NCBI GenBank assembly: GCA_035400585.1
Contig: DAOMZR010000001.1
Location: forward strand, 434,643-498,642
Direction of reading: 5' to 3'
Length of the DNA stretch: 64,000 bases
Origin: a bacterium
GTDB taxonomy: Bacteria; Patescibacteriota; Patescibacteriia; Patescibacteriales; UBA12465
Positions 19,220 to 28,300 of the stretch are shown piece after piece. Numbering within the stretch: the stretch's first letter is position 1; each line of letters opens with the position of its first letter. The notes below the pieces were generated by a model. That model was not told where the DNA came from. It saw only the letters and a list, made by a program, of their open reading frames with translations, and did not search any database. A program made the position numbers and the translations under genes.

Positions 19220-20872
19220 TTAATTTTTTCCTAATTTTTCCAGCTGTTTTTCAATCTGTTCTGGTTCTATTTTTTTATATAAAATCTCTAAATCACTAAC
19301 TACAATCCTGCTTTTATCCGGAAACTGCCACTTTAAATTATCCATTAATAAGCTAGACTTCATTTTGGCGGAAGTTTTTGGTAAAAACGGTTCGGTTAAA
19401 ATTGTCAGCGATTTAATAATTGAAGCAAAAACTGCCAAATCTTCTCCAGCCTTTTCTCTGTTGGTTTTAATAAGTGTCCAGGGAGCGTATTCATTAAGTA
19501 ATCGATTGCCGTTTTCAATAATTTCAAAAACTGATCGAATTGCTTTTTTAAAATTTCCCAATTCAATGTCTTCACCAACACCAACAAAGGCATTTTTAGT
19601 TAAATTCAAAAAATCTTCCAATTTATTATCTATTTTTTCAGGAAAATCAATTCCGTCAGGAAAATTTTTTTTGATAAATGATAAGGTTCTAAAAACAAAA
19701 TTTCCAAAATTACCAATAAGCTCATTATTGGTTTTAGCCAAATAATCTTGCCAGGAAAAATTGGAATCGGCTGATTCCGGACCATTAGATATTAAATAAT
19801 ATCTTAAAGTATCGGAATCAAATTCGGCTAAAAAATCTTTAAGCCAAACAGCGTGACCTCTGCTTTTGGAAAATTGTTTCCCTTCTAAATTTAAATATTC
19901 ACTGGAAATAATTCTATCTGGCAAATGTAAATTACCATAGGACATTAAGATTGTTGGCAGAATTATAGCGTGAAAAGGAATGTTGTCTTTACCATGAACA
20001 TAATAGTGCAAAGCTTCGTCATTTTTCCAAAAATCTTGCCACAAATTATCATTTTCTTCATTTTTGGCCCATTCCTTACTAGCTGATAAATATCCCAAAA
20101 CAGCTTCAAACCAGACATAGATTCTTTTGTTTTCATAACCGTCCAAAGGAATTGGCACGCCCCACTCCGTATCTCTGGTTATAGCCCGATCTAAAAGTCC
20201 TTGAGCCACAAATTCACGAGAAAAATTTTTAGCATTTTGCCTCCAGTGAGAACTGCTTTCGATAAATTTTAAAATTTTATCCTGCCAAGCAGAAAGTTTT
20301 AGAAAAAAATGTTCGGTTGTTTTCCACTCAGGAGTATGTCCACAAGTTTTACATTTTGGATTTTTTAATTTTTTAGTTTCCATTAAATTGCCACAATTAT
20401 CACATTGATCACCACGAGCCGAAGAAAAACCACAAATATAACATTCGCCTTCAACATATCTGTCCGGTAAAAATCTTTGGCAATTTGAACAATAAGGGAG
20501 CTCTTCTTCTTTGATATAAATATCTCCGTCTTTATACAACTTTAAGAACATTTCCTGTACTACCTGGCGATGGTTATCAGTTGTTGTTTTGGTATAATTA
20601 TCATAAGAAAATGATAAACCGTTTAAAAAATTATCTTTGAATTCTTCGTGATATTTATTGGCTATTTCCGATGGATGTAGTCCTTGTTTGTCGGCTTCAA
20701 CAGCAATCGGTGTTCCATGACAATCACTTCCAGAAACAAACAAAACATCATCGCCCTTTAAGCGATAATATCTGGCCAGAACATCTCCACCAATTAAACC
20801 AGCCACATGGCCCAAATGAAGAGAGCCATTGGCGTATGGCCAAGCAGAAGCTACTAAAACTTTTTTACCCAT
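19220..20872 (-). CDS. metG: Methionyl-tRNA synthetase
   Basis: HIGH motif WPYANGSLHLGHVAG, KMSKS variant KFSKSRGH, zinc knuckles CSNCQRF / CYICG / CDNCG / CKTCG. Confidence 0.95.
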   Translation of the reverse strand: MGKKVLVASAWPYANGSLHLGHVAGLIGGDVLARYYRLKGDDVLFVSGSDCHGTPIAVEADKQGLHPSEIANKYHEEFKDNFLNGLSFSYDNYTKTTTDNHRQVVQEMFLKLYKDGDIYIKEEELPYCSNCQRFLPDRYVEGECYICGFSSARGDQCDNCGNLMETKKLKNPKCKTCGHTPEWKTTEHFFLKLSAWQDKILKFIESSSHWRQNAKNFSREFVAQGLLDRAITRDTEWGVPIPLDGYENKRIYVWFEAVLGYLSASKEWAKNEENDNLWQDFWKNDEALHYYVHGKDNIPFHAIILPTILMSYGNLHLPDRIISSEYLNLEGKQFSKSRGHAVWLKDFLAEFDSDTLRYYLISNGPESADSNFSWQDYLAKTNNELIGNFGNFVFRTLSFIKKNFPDGIDFPEKIDNKLEDFLNLTKNAFVGVGEDIELGNFKKAIRSVFEIIENGNRLLNEYAPWTLIKTNREKAGEDLAVFASIIKSLTILTEPFLPKTSAKMKSSLLMDNLKWQFPDKSRIVVSDLEILYKKIEPEQIEKQLEKLGKN

Positions 20873-20945
20873 ATTTAAAGGATTTTAATAATTATTTATG
20901 ATTTTATAATATCATTTTAAGCGCCAGAAAGCAAGAAATAAAAAA

Positions 20946-20966
20946 CCCGTAAGCTTAGCTTACGGG
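20946..20966 (-). terminator. Terminator of the T9SS-CTD protein gene
   Basis: CCCGTAAGC-TAA-GCTTACGGG followed by T7 on the minus strand. Confidence 0.8.
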
Positions 20967-20988
20967 CTCGGATTCAGAAGATAGAACC

Positions 20989-22278
20989 CTATTTTTTTAT
21001 GAATTTTTTGGAGGCGCGTCCTTCTGAAGTTTCTAAGTTTAGGATATAAACACCCTTGGGCAAACTGGAAACATCAAGATTAAGATTATTACCATCCACG
21101 ATATCAAAAGTCATTAATCTGCTACCAATTACATTGTAAACAGCTCCTGTTTTTCGACCACTCAACGGAAAATCAATAGTTAGGTCTTTAGCGACTGGAT
21201 TGGGATAAACAGATAGTTTGTTTGACAAATCAACATCATTAATACCACTTCCGGTGTCAAATTTTAGGATAAAAATCTGGCTATCGTTTCTACCGAAGTA
21301 AGCTTTGTCATTATATTTATCATAAAAACCAGATCGAACATTTCCAGCCTCAACCCAACCATATTCGTCGTCATAATAATGTTTAAGTTTTTTGGTTTCT
21401 CCAGTGCTTATTTTTATGTGCTTCACGCCACCGGAACCATAAACAAAAATATTATCATTATCCTTTACCACTATTCCATTTGAAAACAAGGAATAATCTT
21501 CTGTTGGAAAAGAATAAACTTTTGAACCCTGCTGGTTGGTATCATCCCATCTGTAAACATCCCCACCAAAATTTATGACAAAAAAAATATTTCCATCATT
21601 TGAACAAATTTCCTTTACCGTTCCCGCATTATAGTCGTTTCCAAAAGAATAAACACTAACCAACTGACTGCCATCGTAACGCAAGAGATTGTTTTCAACT
21701 ATAGAGTTATTAGATATTGCCCATGAAAGAACCAATACATTGTTTTGATTTTTAGCATAAATATCACTAAAATAAACATTGTTTCTTTCGGCAATTAATG
21801 TAAACACGGATGAACCATTCCAATGATAAAGCCTAGACTTACCATCTTCGTAGCTTTTAGCCCCCATATAAACATTATCTTCTGTTAAAATAAATCTACT
21901 GTTGCTACCAGAAAAAGGCATCGTCAAAAGATCAAAATTATTAATAGAATTATTCCAAACATAAAGTCTAGTAGACCAACTATGAATTAAAAAAACACTA
22001 TTATCATTCTTCTTAAAACCACTAAGATTTTCAATGCTTTGATCAACTGGTTGTTGCGGATAATTCCAGTTAGCGCCATCAAAATAAACAGCTTGATAAC
22101 CGCCCCCAGAAACTCCATAAGTAGATCCCCAAATTTTGTCGCCCAAGACAAACAAACTGGTTATTGCACGTCCATTATTGGTATTTTGAAATTTCTCCAA
22201 ATAATAGCCCTGGGTAGTTTGCGAAAAAAGATTTAAGCCCAGGCCAACAAAAATTAAAAGAGTAATCAATCTTTTCAT
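20989..22278 (-). CDS. Secreted repeat (beta-propeller-like) protein with a T9SS-type (Por_Secre_tail-like) C-terminal sorting domain
   Basis: Signal peptide MKRLITLLIFVGLGLNLFSQ. C-terminus LSVYPNPVAKDLTIDF...SSLPKGVYILNLETSEGRASKKFIKK fits the T9SS CTD pattern. Strong SD GGAGGA (22286-22291), own promoter and a strong terminator. Confidence 0.7.
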   Translation of the reverse strand: MKRLITLLIFVGLGLNLFSQTTQGYYLEKFQNTNNGRAITSLFVLGDKIWGSTYGVSGGGYQAVYFDGANWNYPQQPVDQSIENLSGFKKNDNSVFLIHSWSTRLYVWNNSINNFDLLTMPFSGSNSRFILTEDNVYMGAKSYEDGKSRLYHWNGSSVFTLIAERNNVYFSDIYAKNQNNVLVLSWAISNNSIVENNLLRYDGSQLVSVYSFGNDYNAGTVKEICSNDGNIFFVINFGGDVYRWDDTNQQGSKVYSFPTEDYSLFSNGIVVKDNDNIFVYGSGGVKHIKISTGETKKLKHYYDDEYGWVEAGNVRSGFYDKYNDKAYFGRNDSQIFILKFDTGSGINDVDLSNKLSVYPNPVAKDLTIDFPLSGRKTGAVYNVIGSRLMTFDIVDGNNLNLDVSSLPKGVYILNLETSEGRASKKFIKK

Positions 22279-22335
22279 TTTTTAGTCCTCCATTATTTTA
22301 ATTTAAAATTATTAATGTTCTTAATTTAACTGAAA

Positions 22336-22364
22336 AGTATATCATTAAAAAATGCTTTTGTCAA
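22336..22364 (-). promoter_or_regulatory. Promoter of the T9SS-CTD protein gene
   Basis: Minus strand TTGACA-17-TATACT, located just after the giant gene's stop codon. Confidence 0.55.
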
Positions 22365-22378
22365 TAACTCATAAATTA

Positions 22379-25300
22379 TTATTCAATAGATATGCAATCT
22401 GGATCGTGTGGATCACAAGGTTCATCTGGGTCAACAACGTCAGGACAAACAGGGAAGAAGCTTGGCTCATAACCGCATCTATAACACATATTAGACGATA
22501 CTCCATCAGTCTGACACTGACAACAATACTTATTTTCCAAATTAAAATAACAGGAATTAGAATCACAGGTTGTTGTGCCAGTTATAGGATTGACCACCAC
22601 TACTGGTTTTTCTGGAACAATATAAGACGAGCAAGAGAACAATGGACCACTTATATAGTCATCGCAGGATTCACATGAATCTGAACTTAAATCACCATTT
22701 GAACAACAATTTGTAAAACAACTTAGATTATAATAAGTCGGATTTGAAGAATTAAAACCACCAATACCGGAACATCTAAAGAAATCCCAATTATCAACTA
22801 CTTTAATAGTTATAATATATTGGCCAGGGGTAAGAAAACGCACTAAGCGATGGGGATTGGATTCGTTGGGTCGATGATCAATCGGACCTAGAATAATTGG
22901 AGCACTGTTTTTCCAGTCTTCGGTAGTCTTCTTTATTTTAATTGTCATTTGCTTGATTGGAGATTGTTCTCTATCAACTACGGTATTAAAAGAAATAGTA
23001 TAAAAACCAGAGGCAACAACATTATAAATATTTGACTCTACTTCCGTTTGATTAACCGCTCCATAAGGACCGCTAATTTTAATATTATTAATTTGTGGCC
23101 AAACAGAACAAACCCTGGTATTGTCTCTTTCTGGGCAACCATAAGAATTACAATTAACGGCTGGGGTTAATGGGGCATCTACTCCATTCAAATGAGCATA
23201 ACCAGAGTCCAAACTAACCTTAGCAAATATATTTTTTAAAGCATCAGAGGCACCACTGGTTGTGTTGGACCAACTACTTCCTGTATCGATAAATCTGTTT
23301 TGAGTATCCAAACTAGTTGTTAATTTAATTTTACCAGATGCTTTATCATAATAAAGAGACTCACAAGAGTTTCTATATCCAGCACCAGTTCCAGTCATAT
23401 AAATAGAACTTGATGTGCCAATACAAGAATAGGGCAGACCATAAAGCAAAGAATCACCGATACTGCTAGCGTAAACATTCTGACTTCCAACATCTCCATC
23501 GGTATTAATAGCACCAAAAGGAACACTAACAGACCCAAGCCTATAATGACTAAAAGGAGCACTAGTTAAAGAATTATTATATTGTTGCAATGAATATTGA
23601 GATGATTTTAATCTCTCTACCCAAGGAATTTCTCCTTTTATAAATTTATCGCATTTAGGAACATATTTATCGGGATCCATTAAACAAGCTCCATTTTTAT
23701 TGGGATCAGTGACGGCCAGAGAATCCTGAGCACAATAAGTAGAAGAACATCTACCATTTCCAGTTCCAGCTGGTATAAAAGTTGTTGTTCCATATAAACC
23801 ACCTTCGCATTCAGATTTTTTAATATTATAGGCTAAAAGTTTTTGACCGTTATCGGTTTCTGTTTTTCCTTTTAAACTACCGTCATATAAATACCACCCG
23901 GCTTGCGATTTATAAGTTGAACCATTAGGATTTCCATCGGAGAAATTTCGAGCCTCAAATCTTTCCCACCAACCATTTCTAGCATCACAAGCCATAGTAT
24001 CACAACCGCTACAAGAAGTATTACAATTACTTCCGCGACAGCAGAGAACAGCGTTTCCACCGCAACTATTTGTGCCGCCACCAGTTATACTTTTAGCCGT
24101 GGTTTGTGATCCATAAACTATTTTACTGTTTGTAGGAATTATTAGTCTTGAACCTGTAATTGGCAAGCAGAAATAAATTTTCATATTATATTTTTCTCCG
24201 CCACCATAGTTATACCAAATATCACGACAATCGCTAGCATCAGAATCATAAAGCTTGTTTAAAACATTATGATAATTAGAATCACATCCTGAACCACCAT
24301 AGAAATAAACACCCTCATTAACCGTACCGTCACTAGTGGTTACATCCCTTAAATAAACATCCCTATATTCAACTAAGCTAAAATCAGCATTCATTCGACC
24401 ACAATAAATCGGCTGAAGACCAGTATCAGCATACCCCGAGAAATTAGTTGTTAAATCCGAGTTAGCGCTACCAACCACTGAATCAACCGGATACCACAAC
24501 AAACAAACATTTTCATTAGCTGGGTCTTTTTGTAAACAATAACCTTCCCAACCTTGCTCTATAAAGCTGTAACCCTTAGAATCACTGTAACAAGAAATGC
24601 TATCTTGTTTTGGATATAATCTGCAAGAAGCTGGTAAATAAGTATTTTCGGCTGTTTCTAAAGCTGGTTCAACATTAACATCATCAAAGTATAACCAACC
24701 ATTATTGGCAGTATCATTATCAAGAGATGGGCTTAAAATCAATCTAAAGCCATTATTCCAATCACTAGCTGTTTTAAATTTGATACTAATTCTCTGCCAA
24801 TCCTTTTTACTGACATCAACTGATATTTCGGTTGATTCATTTTCAACAACAACCCCATTTTTTACACCCACTATTTTTCCTAAAACTTTTTCTACATTTC
24901 CACCTTCTGTCAATCTATAATTAGCAGTGTTAATTAAAAAATTTAGATAATAATCGGAACTAGTATTTACACTCACTACTGGAGAATACCAAGCCCAATC
25001 ACACTCACCACCACCAACTCTAGCAAATCCTAAATTAGAAGGAGATGGATAAGTGGGAAGAACCGATTTGAAAGGAGGTGTGTTAACATCAATTGATTTA
25101 GAAATAAAGCAAGTTGAATCGATGGCTATTAAACTAGAATTGCTGGATTTTTTTCTTTGCCAAGAATTTAAATCTGCCTTTTTTTCAAAATCATTGCTCC
25201 AAACATTAGTACTACCCCTTTGAACCATACTATCTAAATAGTAATTGTTCAAAAGAGAATAACCACTAGCATTACTATCTTTAGCTATACTAAAGGCTCT

Positions 25301-28300
25301 GTTGCCAACTGGTGATTTAGAAAAATTCAAACAGTTTCCACTGGCATCCATAGAAGTACATTGTCCTATTTGCAAACAAACATTTTTATCATTTCCTTTT
25401 TCATCCTTTTCGGTAGTGTAAGAATAACAAGACAACCATCTTCCGCAAACCCTATCTGGTTTAACTTTTATAATTTGGTTAGCATCTTTATAAGCGGTGC
25501 TAGGAGCTGGATTATAATTAGCATAATCACTCGAATTATATCTAAAACTACTAAAATTTGGCCAACCATTAGAACTTACCTCTCTTTCGTTAAATATTAT
25601 ACAACCATTATTAAAGTTAGGACCGCTACAAGAAGAAAAATCTAGATTGCTTTTTATTTTATAATCAACGATTAACTCCCTCCAATCAATGGAAACTTTA
25701 CTAATATCGGTTGTTCTATTCAAATCAATAATAAACTCACAATCTCCAGCAATATTGTCACCAGAATAAAATAAAAGTTTAGAAGCGTAAGGAGATGTTT
25801 GAGATAATTGATAAAAATCATTACCAGCCAAAGAAACGCTAGATAAAAGATTGTTGCTTTCTAGTTTATAAAAAGTCTTATCGCATCTTATTCTTAGATT
25901 GGCTAAATTTTTATACTTAATAGTATATAACTTATTAGCCTCCATAAAATGATTTACTTGTTTAAAATAATAGACACTATTTTCCTGGTTGCAAGAAATT
26001 GTTTTGGCGCCACTACCAGAATCTACTATTTTACAGTTTAAGCCGGAAACAGTATTGTTTCCATCAGGTGTAACGGCTGTCCAACCATCAAAATAAGTAC
26101 CATCTTCATCAATATCAGAGAAATCAGAATTTAATATCAAATTAGGATTAAAAGAGCTTTCTGGATCTATATATTCAGTACAGCCAGATTCTTTTAGAGG
26201 ACAAAGACCAGCCCAATTAACACCATTAGCTTGAGCTATCGGCTGACTAATTCTAATTCCATTATTACCAATAGTTTTTACTATTCCATAATCACTATCA
26301 ACTGGACAAAGATAATTATTTTCATCAAGAATACATTTTTCCGAACCAGAACAATCAGCATCGGAATTACAAGGATTAGGCAAATTAGATACCGAGAGAG
26401 AGCTATTACAATTAGTATCACCAGGCAAACATAAGTTAGACTGAACCGCTCCTGGAATCAAGCATCTTTTAATCTTTTTAACATACCATTTGTTATCAAC
26501 TAATTGACAAACATTATCCATTGGATCCTTAAAATAACTAACTCCAGATGTAGATGTCCAAGAATCACAACCGATTGCATCGCGAGCGCATAAAGTACCT
26601 TGATTATATTTATCAGGATTATTTTTAATGAAAATATTTTGATAAAGGTAGCTGGAACTGGTTGAATAGATATTAGAGATTGCTTTTCCGAACAAAGAAC
26701 AACCTTTATCTGCTGGATTACAAATTTTAGAGCTATCGTAAACAACCAAAGAAAAATTATCAGCTGGAACTTCTAGACAATCTTGACCAGCAGAACAACT
26801 ACTAATAGATTCATTTAATTGACCATTGGAAAAGAAGGCGTTTTCTTTCGGAGTATAATTATGAGTATCAATCATCAACTCACAACCAACGGCCGATGAG
26901 TCACACAACTTCGAAAATTGCCTCAAAGTATGTTTGGTATTAGAGCGATCTAAATAAGTAGAACAGCCTAAATTGTAGTTTGGACCTTGATATTTAGAAG
27001 TTTGATCATAATAACAAATATTAGGAGTATTCCAAGAATTTTTAATTAAGTAATATCTGCTATTGGTTTCTGAAAGAATTAGGTCATCAATATAAACAGT
27101 GTCTGGTCCGTTGTTCTTAATAAAAATCTTCTCACCAGAATCAACATCGTGGTCAAGATCTTCTAGATTTATTTTATAAATCTGCCAAGTAGAACCTTTT
27201 ATTGGAAGATTGTTTTCGCTAACTCCAGTAGAAGTATTAACGTTTTTGAAATTAGAAATTTTTCCAGCAGAATTCATGAAATAAATTTCCAAATTAGAAG
27301 AATTAGCTGTGCCATTTTTAGATAAGAAGCTAATCAAATAAGAATTTCCTTTACTTAACAAGCCAGAAATATCTCTGCTGATTTCGGATGAACTATTTAT
27401 TCTAATTGATTTTCCATTGTTGTTTAAAGACTCTGTAGATTCAAAACCTCCCTGCCAATTAGAAACATTTTGTTCAAAATCATAAGAAGTTAAAATCTTT
27501 GTATTACTTCCAGAGTTACCACTATACTCCCTACAAGAATTCTCGGAAGCAGAGCAAGTCTTGCCTTCGCCTGGAATTGCTTGATAAACACAAGCATTTT
27601 GGTTATCATCCCACTTTCCACCATTTAAACAATGAAAGCAAACAAAACTATCTTCTGTCTGATCGCTAACATAATCGTCAACAACTGCTGTTTGCCATTT
27701 AGCTACTATTTTTCCGGCTGTATTTAGGTTATTACAATCAACTGCATTAGTTATAGTTCTATCAATATTTCTATCTGTCATTCTGAAACGCTTACAATTA
27801 TCGGAACAAGTTAAAGTTTTAGAATACAAAACATAGAAAACCTCTCCCGCTTGATTATAAAATTCGCGACAATCAGAATTATATCGAGGATCAGAAACGG
27901 GAAGTTTACTAATTTCTCTACTACAAACATCAATTCCGGAAATCACATGCTTGTATGAATCACCCGTCGAAAATAAACTACCAGAAGTAAGAGATAATTG
28001 AGAACTATTCATGGCTAACTTGAAAGATTTTAATTGATAGCCACTTTCATCACTTCCCTCCCAAGAATAAAAGTTAGAACAAACACCTTCTTCTGGTTTA
28101 ATACACTGTCTTAAATAACTATAATATTCAATTCTTTCTCCACCAGAAGAAAGATCTTCTAAGTTAGTAAATTGACTACAACCAACGCTACTAGCTGAAC
28201 ATTTTTTAGCTGTTTTAGGAATAAGACGATAAGGATAATCACTTTCAAAAACAGTTGATTTTTGAACATAGACATCATAACCATCGCATTCAGAAGGACA

